The position numbers were made by a program, and so were the translations under genes. Shown one piece after another: positions 17,719 through 25,042 of a stretch of DNA of 32,000 nucleotides. Each line of letters opens with the position of its first letter. The stretch's first letter is position 1. Origin of the DNA: Candidatus Scalindua sp. (GTDB lineage Bacteria; Planctomycetota; Brocadiia; Brocadiales; Scalinduaceae); the NCBI GenBank assembly GCA_031316235.1, contig JALDRA010000001.1, positions 2,640,001-2,672,000 on the forward strand. The letters run 5' to 3'. The notes beneath the pieces are model-generated. The model had not been told where the DNA came from. It was given only the letters and a program-made list of their open reading frames with translations, and did not search any database.

Positions 17719-17919
17719 ATGAAATATATCTATACCGCGGTTGATTGTCCAAAATGTGAAACGCTTAAAGAGAAGTACAGGACAGAGGGCGTTGAGTATG
17801 TCGAAAGGGATGCGGAGCGGCTCAAAAAACCGTCAGACGATCGCGATGAAATTGACGTTGAAGCATTTGTTCAGCTTTCAATGCAGAATATGGTCCTTCC
17901 TGTTGAGATAGATAACTAG
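17719..17919 (+). CDS. Glutaredoxin/NrdH-like small thioredoxin-fold protein (CPKC)
   Basis: MKYIYTAVDCPKCETLKEKY has the CPxC redox motif at the expected position. GGGGGAG lies 8 nt upstream of ATG 17719. The track start 17698 is less likely. Confidence 0.7.
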   Translation: MKYIYTAVDCPKCETLKEKYRTEGVEYVERDAERLKKPSDDRDEIDVEAFVQLSMQNMVLPVEIDN

Positions 17920-18063
17920 TGGTTGAATGAAAACTACTCATCTCCTGCGTTGAGGTACTAATTCCGTAATCCTCAAGTACTTGAGTACATTCCGGTTACA
18001 AAATTACTAAACGCCTTGTATCTGGTCGGTTTTGATCCAGCCACAGGGTTTTGGTTCAATCAC
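17919..18063. repeat. RPT-A copy with a duplicated terminal unit
   Basis: gtggttgaatgaaaactactcatctcctgcgttgaggtactaattccgtaatcctcaagtacttgagtac... is in the same orientation as the 13358 copy. It starts on the last base of the upstream stop codon. Confidence 0.6.
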
Positions 18064-18233
18064 TGACGAGATGTTCTGGAATTTAAATTATTTTAATAAG
18101 CCTGTTAATCTGGCTGGCAGCATTGAGGGTTCGTTGTTGCTGGCTGATTTTTCAGGTTTAATCTGCAAAGAGTTTTTGCAAGATACCCATATTTTTATTT
18201 TTTGAGGAGTCAGGGCTTTCGCCTGAAATAGTA

Positions 18234-18752
18234 ATGGAAGAAAAAAATGAGAGTAATATAGAACAGACCCTGGTCTTAATAAAACCGGACGGGCTGGTAA
18301 AATCGTTGACGGGTAATATTATAGATAAACTGTCTGAGAGCGAATTAGTAATTGTCGGTGCAAAAATGGTCACGGTAGACCGGGAGCTTGCAGAAACCCA
18401 TTATAAGGACTTGAAAGGGCAGAAATTTTTTGACGAGCTTATTGAGTATATCATGGGGACCTACCACACCAAGAGGGTTTTGGCCCTCGTATATGATGGC
18501 GAGAATGCGATTACGCGGGTTCGGCACATAACGGGAGACACAAATCCCGAAAAAGCAAATCCGACCTCATTACGCGGAAAATACGGCAGAATTACTACGA
18601 GTGGGGTGTTTGAAAATGTTATCCATGCATCAAGCTGTGTTGAGGATGCGAAAAGAGAGATACAACTGTGGTTCAAGCCTCATGAGCTTACAAAGGTGAT
18701 ATATGATACGAAGGAAGAGGAAGTAACAAAGAGAGAAATCGTCTGGAAATAG
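18234..18752 (+). CDS. ndk: Nucleoside diphosphate kinase (long form)
   Basis: It has TLVLIKPDG, the GAKMV...AETHY block and NVIHAS (the active-site His region; the canonical form is N-x-x-HGSD), then REIQLWF. Confidence 0.85.
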   Translation: MEEKNESNIEQTLVLIKPDGLVKSLTGNIIDKLSESELVIVGAKMVTVDRELAETHYKDLKGQKFFDELIEYIMGTYHTKRVLALVYDGENAITRVRHITGDTNPEKANPTSLRGKYGRITTSGVFENVIHASSCVEDAKREIQLWFKPHELTKVIYDTKEEEVTKREIVWK

Positions 18753-19110
18753 CGAATATGCAACCTGGCCGAGCCAGAACACGGAAATGCAAAATGTAAA
18801 ATCAACAGTCAGCTTAAAGTGGAGAGAAGATAGAGGGCGTTGAAAAACATACTATCAAATAGAATAATCACACAAAGGCGCTAAGAACACTAAGAAAAAC
18901 AGAGAAAACGAAAAGACAAACAGCGTAAAGAGCGTCAAAACGTTGGAAATGTTTGTCGGACAGACTTGTCATTCAGGTGGGGAACGACCCAAATAAGACA
19001 CAATTGACGATTATAGGATCAAAAGCGATAATGAAAAAAGTTTAGGGCCAATTCTTTATTGTTCACATATACTTTCAACTTATAAAATAAAAAATAATCG
19101 GAGGTAAATT

Positions 19111-19329
19111 ATGACACAACTTCTTGAAAAAGCATTTAAGAAGATATCAAAGTTACCGGAAATGGAGCAAAATATTATAGCAAAATGGTTAATAGATGAG
19201 TTGGAATCCGAAAAAAAATGGGAAAAGTTATTTGCTGAATCGGAAGATTTATTAGAGAAGCTAGCGGACGAAGCGCTCGCTGAACACGCACAAGGAAAGA
19301 CCAAGCCGCTGGATATTGACAAACTATGA
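19111..19329 (+). CDS. Type II antitoxin (partner of the ParE/RelE-family toxin)
   Basis: 72 aa. The LLEKAFKKISKLPEMEQNIIAKWLIDELESEKKWEKLF pattern is typical of antitoxins paired with this toxin family. GGAGG lies 7 nt upstream. The stop overlaps the toxin start (ATGA). Confidence 0.75.
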   Translation: MTQLLEKAFKKISKLPEMEQNIIAKWLIDELESEKKWEKLFAESEDLLEKLADEALAEHAQGKTKPLDIDKL

Positions 19330-19688
19330 TTTCACACATAACAAAACGATTTCGTAAACTATTGGCGGCACTGTCAAATGAAATTCAAAAACAAGCGAAA
19401 GATGCTTACACCCATTTCAAAAAAGATCCTTATCATCCAGGGTTACACTTTAAGCGGGTACATTCGACTAGACCGATTTATTCAGTTCGTATTTCTATAA
19501 ATTACCGAGCTGTGGGGATACAAAAGGATAGCGAAATAATATGGTTTTGGGTTGGAATTCATACAGATTATGAGAAACTATTGAATAAATTCAGTCAACC
19601 AAAAATGCACTTGTTTTTATGTCAATCATTTGTTGTCTTTCAAGAGGTTTCAGTTTTTCTTATGTCTACTGGCAACCATTTTTGGTGA
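19326..19688 (+). CDS. ParE/RelE-superfamily toxin with an atypical ~30-aa C-terminal tail
   Basis: It has FKKDPYHPGLHFKRV...PIYSVRISINYRAVGIQKDSEIIWFWVGIHTDYEKLL. The family normally ends shortly after YxKLL. Here the frame continues SQPKMHLFLCQSFVV... to 19688. Confidence 0.7.
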   Translation: MISHITKRFRKLLAALSNEIQKQAKDAYTHFKKDPYHPGLHFKRVHSTRPIYSVRISINYRAVGIQKDSEIIWFWVGIHTDYEKLLNKFSQPKMHLFLCQSFVVFQEVSVFLMSTGNHFW

Positions 19689-19724
19689 CTGATTTAGGTC
19701 GTTGGGCCCCGGGGAGATGAAGCA

Positions 19725-20909
19725 TTGAAGCTGATATCGAGCAACAAAAAACTGGTGAAAACGCTATCCCGTTTGATCGAGGGCCATTCGGATGCCTCGT
19801 TTGCAGTCGCGTGGGCTTCATCTGGTAATTCAGTGTTTGACCTCATCCAAGAATACTCCTCAAAAATTTCGCGCGCCGTTATCGGCACACACTTTTATCA
19901 AACACACCCAGACGTGATTGATGCATTCCAAGGAAAGCCGAGCGTTCGGTTTGTCCTTCAGCCGAACGGGGTGTTTCACCCAAAGCTATACCTTTTTCGC
20001 AGTGACGATAAATGGGAGGCACTGATTGGAAGTGCAAATCTCACGTCCGGTGCATTGAGCGCCAACTCGGAAGCCATGTTACTAATTGGGGGTGATGCGG
20101 ACAGTTCCACTTCACTCCTGGACGAAATGGTCAGTCTCATTGACCGTTATTGGGGGCTTGCCAAGCCACTCACAACGAAAGAGGCCGCAGCTTACCGCGA
20201 GATATGGGACCGCAAACAACCGGCGCTTCGCCGCTTGACTGGGCAATACGGTTCGACAGATACGAAGAAGCCGCTTACTGATTCATCTGTAATGTCAATG
20301 GCATGGAGTGAATACTTCCGTACAGTGAAGGCTGATCCCCATCATGGCTTCGAGAAGCGGTGTGAACTTCTTGCAACTGTAGCGAAAGCATTTGCCGAGC
20401 ATCAAACCTTCGCTTCAATGCCCTTAGCCATGCGAAAGACCATTGCTGGTTTGCCTAATGACCAGGAGAGCCGGTGGGGTTGGTTTGGGAGTATGCAGGG
20501 CGCAGGTTATTACCACCAAGCCGTAAATCAAAACAACCAGCACCTATCGCAAGCTCTTGGCGAGATTCCATTGCGGGAAGTTGTAACGCGTGCGCAGTAT
20601 GAAGACTACATTTCCGAATTCCTTAAAGCCTTCCCGAATGGAAGGCACGGGGTTGGCATCGCTAGCCGTCTGTTGGCGTTAAAGCGTCCTGATCAGTTCG
20701 TTTGCCTTGACTCGAAGAACCAAAGTGGGCTCTGCAAGGATTTCGGAATCGTTCGCAATGGCATGAATTACGACAGATATTGGGATGAAATTATCGAGCG
20801 CATTCTCGACGCCCCATGGTGGAATTCGAAGCGGCCAAGAAATGCAAAAGAAGTGGCGGTCTGGGATGGTAGAGTTGCGATGCTCGATGCAATATTTTAC
20901 GAAGAATAG
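19725..20909 (+). CDS. Single-HKD (phospholipase D superfamily) nuclease-domain protein with an uncharacterised C-terminal domain
   Basis: TTG start with GGGGAG 8 nt upstream. The HKD motif is FHPKLYLFRSDDKWEALIGSANLTSGAL..NSEA, in the first ~140 aa. I do not recognise the remaining ~250 aa. G+C is clearly higher than in the neighbours: 49/100 hand-counted at the 5' end. Confidence 0.8.
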   Translation: MKLISSNKKLVKTLSRLIEGHSDASFAVAWASSGNSVFDLIQEYSSKISRAVIGTHFYQTHPDVIDAFQGKPSVRFVLQPNGVFHPKLYLFRSDDKWEALIGSANLTSGALSANSEAMLLIGGDADSSTSLLDEMVSLIDRYWGLAKPLTTKEAAAYREIWDRKQPALRRLTGQYGSTDTKKPLTDSSVMSMAWSEYFRTVKADPHHGFEKRCELLATVAKAFAEHQTFASMPLAMRKTIAGLPNDQESRWGWFGSMQGAGYYHQAVNQNNQHLSQALGEIPLREVVTRAQYEDYISEFLKAFPNGRHGVGIASRLLALKRPDQFVCLDSKNQSGLCKDFGIVRNGMNYDRYWDEIIERILDAPWWNSKRPRNAKEVAVWDGRVAMLDAIFYEE

Positions 20910-21063
20910 GCCCAACAACTACTTTGAGCTTTGAGTCCGACGGATTACCCTTTCGCTCGCTCCAGGGCACAGGGCAAGTCGGGCTCATGTGTAACTGGGG
21001 TCAAACCTTGATCAGTGATTAATCGCTTGACATTAAAAGGTAGCTTGTGCTACTGTGTCTGTT

Positions 21064-22025
21064 ATGGCAAGACAATGGCGTATTGAATTCGAAGGGGCTT
21101 ACTATCATATCTTATCACGAGGAAATGAATGAAGGGATATTTTTCGAGATAACGATGACCGTATTTTGTTCCTGGACACTCTGGGAAAAATGTCAGACAG
21201 GTTTGATATTGAAGTTTACGCTTATGCCCTCATGGATAATCATTACCATTTGTTACTGAAAACTAATAAGCCCAATATTTCTAAAGGCATGCAATGGTTT
21301 GGAACAACCTATACACGTCAATATAATATTAAACACAAGCGAAATAGACATCTTTTTCAAGGGCGCTTCAAAAGCTTTCTTATAGAAAATGATGAATACC
21401 TTATGCTTTCCTGTTATATCCATAGAAATCCTCTGCGTGCAGGAATAGTGAGGAGACTGGCTGACTATCCATGGAGCAGTTATTCTATTTATGCTTATGA
21501 CAAGAAATCACCGAGTGGTTGATTACAAAGCCTATTCTTTCTCTTTTCGATACAAAAACAAGCACCTGGCATATAGGAAAATGGTACAAAGTTACTCTAA
21601 AGAAGAAACAAAAATATGGGAAGATTTTCGATACGTGGCCTTTTTTTTGGTTCCCAGAATTTATTGACCGTATAAAGTCTCAGTATTTGTCAGAAAACCC
21701 AGATGTTGAAATTCCTCAAAAAAGGCAAGTATTAAGAGATAATAATCCTGAAAAAATTCTGAAGATAGCGGCAAAAGTTTTAAAGTGCGATACGGGTGAT
21801 TTTTTACGATCCTCAAGGATAAGTGATTCAGATAAATTAAATCGTGATTTATTAATCTATCTTCTGTGGAGTACCGGTTGGTATAATAACCAGGAAATTG
21901 GTAATTTGTTTGGTCTTGCTTATTCATCCATAAGTCGAAGGGTAGCTATTGTGAAATCAAAGATAACGAAAGATGGAAAATTGAATAAGAGGATAACAGA
22001 GATTAGATCACGAATCAAGGTTTGA
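21064..22025 (+). pseudogene. Y1 (HUH, IS200/RayT-like) transposase fused to a DnaA-C-like HTH; inactivated copy 1
   Basis: MARQWRIEFEGAYYHILSRGNE is followed by an in-frame TGA at 21130. Then come RDIF..., NHYHLLL (HUH) and CYIHRNPLRAG (the catalytic Tyr region). A 1-nt deletion near 21505 and further indels versus copy 2 break the frame. The C-terminal segment is LLIYLLWSTGWYNNQEIGNLFGLAYSSISRRV (HTH). It is bounded by 14-bp inverted repeats at 20996-21009 and 22017-22030. Confidence 0.8.
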
Positions 22026-22216
22026 CCCCAGATATACTGGGTCATCCATTAGAAGGCTTTTGTCACACCTCGATCAGTGATTAACGTGTCGGTGGTTTTG
22101 GCTTGATTACAAGTCAAGGGGTGACCTGGAGTGCGCGAAGTGCGTGTTATTGATGTTAGGTGTTTTTGAAATATAACATAATTGAAACTCATCATTTTAA
22201 AGTATAAAATGTTCAT

Positions 22217-22504
22217 ATGCATATTATTACTCGCAAGCGACTTAATAATTTTGCCGACAAACATCCTGATGCAAGAAATTCTCATAATCATTGGTATAAA
22301 CAAATTAAGAAAGCTGACTTTATATCGTTTACTGAATTGCGAAAAATATTTCCAAATGCAGATCAAGCTGGGAAATTGACAGTTTTCAATATCGGAGGAA
22401 ATAAGGTGCGACTAATTACTGCTATTCATTACAATCGAGGTAAAGTTTATATCCGTGCTGTACTAACGCACACAGAATACGATAAAAATAAATGGAAGGA
22501 ATAA
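22217..22504 (+). CDS. higB: HigB-family (RelE-fold, PF09907-type) mRNA interferase toxin
   Basis: MHIITRKRLNNFADKHPDA...WYKQIKKADFISFTELRKIFPNAD...VFNIGGNKVRLITAIHYNRGKVYIRAVLTHTEYDK is the classic signature of this family. The length is 95 aa. Confidence 0.85.
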   Translation: MHIITRKRLNNFADKHPDARNSHNHWYKQIKKADFISFTELRKIFPNADQAGKLTVFNIGGNKVRLITAIHYNRGKVYIRAVLTHTEYDKNKWKE

Positions 22505-22506
22505 AA

Positions 22507-22731
22507 ATGTTAAAAAGCGATATTAAAAAATTACTACTGTTTGGCCTATGGTTTCAAGTGTTATTTATGTGTCTCATACAGAAAAAGAATATAATCAGTT
22601 AGTAAATTTACTTGATAGCCTTATTGATGAAGTAGAGTGAAAACGAAGACCATCCTTTAGCATCACTGATGGATATTATTGGTACTCTCATCGAAAAATA
22701 CGAAACTGATCATGTTCCAGAATTAACATAG
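22507..22731 (+). pseudogene. higA antitoxin remnant: two frameshifts and no HTH domain
   Basis: Three frames together give MLKSDIKK / TTVWPMVSSVIYVSHTEKEYNQLVNLLDSLIDEV / ENEDHPLASLMDIIGTLIEKYETDHVPELT*. This is the N-terminal domain of HigA partners. The C-terminal Xre-type HTH that normally follows is absent. Confidence 0.6.
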
Positions 22732-22798
22732 AGGGAAAGAACAGGTTCTTTATTGTTGGCAATAGGAGAGTTGAGGGTCAAGCCTTCACAATTCAATT

Positions 22799-22939
22799 AT
22801 GAATATGGAAAAGCCTAACGAATCAGTGGAGCCAACCCCTCCGTCATTTGCGATTCAATTATTTTCAGCCTTTTTGTTTATCTTATTCTTATCTATGATT
22901 TTATTTATACGGGGTTGCTCACTTCAGATCGTTATATGA
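22799..22939 (+). CDS. Possible 46-aa single-TM peptide (below the track threshold)
   Basis: MNMEKPNESVEPTPPSFAIQLFSAFLFILFLSMILFIRGCSLQIVI. It has no convincing SD. It could be chance in AT-rich DNA. Confidence 0.2.
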   Translation: MNMEKPNESVEPTPPSFAIQLFSAFLFILFLSMILFIRGCSLQIVI

Positions 22940-22987
22940 TAAACAAAGTTAGAACCTGCTTTAGGTAAATAGTAAAATGGAGAATGT

Positions 22988-23156
22988 ATGCCTGTAATTT
23001 CAAAATTTTATGGGATAGTTGTATTCATGAATTATAATGAACACAATCCTCCCCATTTTCATGCAATTTATCAAGAGCAAGGCATCAATTGACATTCAAA
23101 CAGGGTTAGTTCAAGGAAAAATGTCAAAGCTTGTCATCTCCACCTTTCTATTTTGA
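22988..23156 (+). pseudogene. DUF4160-family gene remnant (frameshifted and truncated)
   Basis: MPVISKFYGIVVFMNYNEHNPPHFHAIYQEQ is the conserved DUF4160 N-terminus. The frame stops at 23090 and continues in another frame as ASIDIQTGLVQGKMSK... before terminating early. Confidence 0.6.
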
Positions 23157-23363
23157 AGTAGTGAGAAAATAACAAACTGGTAATGCTTAATGATAAGTTA
23201 CCGATCTAACAAATCATAAAACGTTCCCCACCCACCTATCGTTCTCGCTGACAGGACAAGAGAAACGCGCGAGGGAGATCAGAAACAGCATAAAACTATT
23301 TCGATATATTACCTTATTCAAACAAAAAAAGCCTTACTGAAAAGATATCCTTTCGAATATACT

Positions 23364-23529
23364 CAACAGTGTCCGGTTAGGTTTTTGCTTAGGCGCCTTT
23401 CGTCATACCCGAACGGCTTTATCGGGTATCCAGAGACTCGTTTCATCATAGATTCCCGCTAAAAACATGCGGGAATGACAGTTTTGGGGCAATAAATTAA
23501 ATACGCAAAAACCTAACCGGACACTACTG
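23364..23529. mobile_element. RPT-B, an intact-looking TIR miniature element with flanking 9-bp direct repeats
   Basis: The TIRs are agtgtccggttaggttttt (23368-) and aaaaacctaaccggacact (-23525). The core hairpin is attcccgc-taaaaacat-gcgggaat. GAATATACT occurs at 23355-23363 and 23530-23538, consistent with a target-site duplication. Confidence 0.65.
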
Positions 23530-23530
23530 G

Positions 23531-23623
23531 AATATACTAAAACCGGAAACCAAATCTTGGTGAAGGTATACTCGCTCAATTTTATCTCGGATCTTATCCG
23601 AAATCCAGTATGAGATGAGTATA
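23531..23623 (+). repeat. RPT-C copy
   Basis: aatatactaaaaccggaaaccaaatcttggtgaaggtatactcgctcaattttatctcggatcttatccgaaatccagtatgagatgagtata. Its left end appears to have been the insertion target of RPT-B. Confidence 0.6.
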
Positions 23624-24132
23624 CATCTTCGGCAGAAAAACTATCTATTCAGTAAAACAGTCTTTTTCCTGTATATGCGTTAAGACCCTGTTACTTTACG
23701 TCCCCTGATCACTCAGAGTTTACCTTTATCGTTTGTAAATATGTTTTAATTGGTGAGCTTCTCTGCTAAATGCATAATATGTTTAACTAGGGTCATGTAT
23801 GGCTAAAAGTATGCAGCTTTTACGAGGATGTACGTTTTTACCCATGAGTTTTTTTGAAACAAAAGCAGGGTAGTAAATTATCGTATGATTGAATTTATTT
23901 GAAACGGTTCGAGAACAATGATGCAGAATGGTGATAATGGTGCGCCCCGGGTGCAAAGGCTTGTTATCTGCACGTATTGAAGACTTACGTGTGAAGGATA
24001 CTTTTGATGATAGAGCAAAAGCTCTTCTTAGCATCAATTCTACTCCTGAAACTTTATAGCATTTTTAAACTACATTTCCTCAAGAAGAATAATTAATTAC
24101 TGAGTAACTATGGAGTCTCTTCACTAAAAGGC

Positions 24133-24873
24133 ATGCAATGGTTTGGAACAACCTATACACGTCAATATAATATTAAACACAAGCGAAATGGACATCTTTT
24201 TCAAGGGCGCTTCAAAAGCTTTCTTATAGAAAATGATGAATACCTGATGCTTCTCTCCTGTTATATCCATAGAAATCCTCTGCGTGCAGGAATAGTCAGG
24301 AGACTGGCTGACTATCCATGGAGCAGTTATTCTATTTATGCTTATGGCAAGAAATCACCGGAGTGGTTGATTACAAAGCCTATTCTTTCTCTTTTCGATA
24401 CAAAAAACAAGCACCTGGCATATAGGAAAATGGTACAAAGTTACTCCAAAGAAGAAACAAAAATATGGGAAGATTTTCGACATGGCCTTTTTTTTGGTTC
24501 CCAGAAATTTATTGACCGTATAAAGTCTAAGTATTTGTCAGAAAACCCAGATGTTGAAATTCCTCAAAAAAGGCAAGTATTAAGAGATACTAATCCTGAA
24601 AAAATTCTGAAGATAGCGGCAAAAGTTTTAAAGTGCGATACGGGTGATTTTTTGCGATCCTCAAGGATAAGTGATTCAGATAAATTAAATCGTGATTTAT
24701 TAATCTATCTTCTATGGAGTACCGGTTGGTATAATAACCAGGAAATTGGTAATTTGTTTGGTCTTGGTTATTCATCCATAAGTCGAAGGGTAGCTATTGT
24801 GAAATCAAAGATAACGGAAGATGGAAAATTGAATAAGAGGATAACAGAGATTAGATCACTAATCAAGGTTTGA
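24133..24873 (+). pseudogene. Y1 transposase/DnaA-C-like HTH, copy 2: frame intact but 5'-truncated (lacks the HUH motif)
   Basis: Homology to copy 1 starts abruptly at ~24127 (aaggcatgcaatggtttgg). By eye it differs from 21286-22030 by about a dozen substitutions and five small indels. It retains YIHRNPLRAG and the HTH, but the first ~75 codons (including HYHLLL) are missing. Confidence 0.8.
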
Positions 24874-24916
24874 CCCCAACGCCCTGCAACGCCCAACGCC
24901 TCCGCTCGTGGGTAGC

Positions 24917-25042
24917 GTGTTTGAACCAAAACTGCCCGGATACAAGGCGCGTAATAATTCCGTAACCGGAGCGTGCTCAAGCACGTGAGGAGTACGGAAT
25001 TATTACAGCAACGCCGTAGGCGGGCAGTTTTGGTTCAAACAC
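24917..25042. repeat. RPT-A, best-preserved copy (near-perfect nested palindrome)
   Basis: The TIRs are gtgtttgaaccaaaactgcccg and cgggcagttttggttcaaacac. The inner inverted repeat is gtaataattccgta / tacggaattattac, and the centre is cgtgctcaagcacg. Its last base overlaps the queA stop codon. Confidence 0.7.

Noticed and set aside
19701-20916. Integron gene-cassette signature. GTTGGGC fits the attC/attI core GTTRRRY upstream of the nuclease ORF, and GCCCAAC fits the inverse core RYYYAAC right after its stop, in the correct relative orientation.
   Set aside because: No complete attC could be assembled. There is no GTTRRRY within ~150 nt downstream of 20916 and no matching inverse core 50-140 nt upstream of 19701. 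No intI integrase is in the window, and the other small genes lack such sites. I kept it only as an 8-10-nt flanking inverted repeat.
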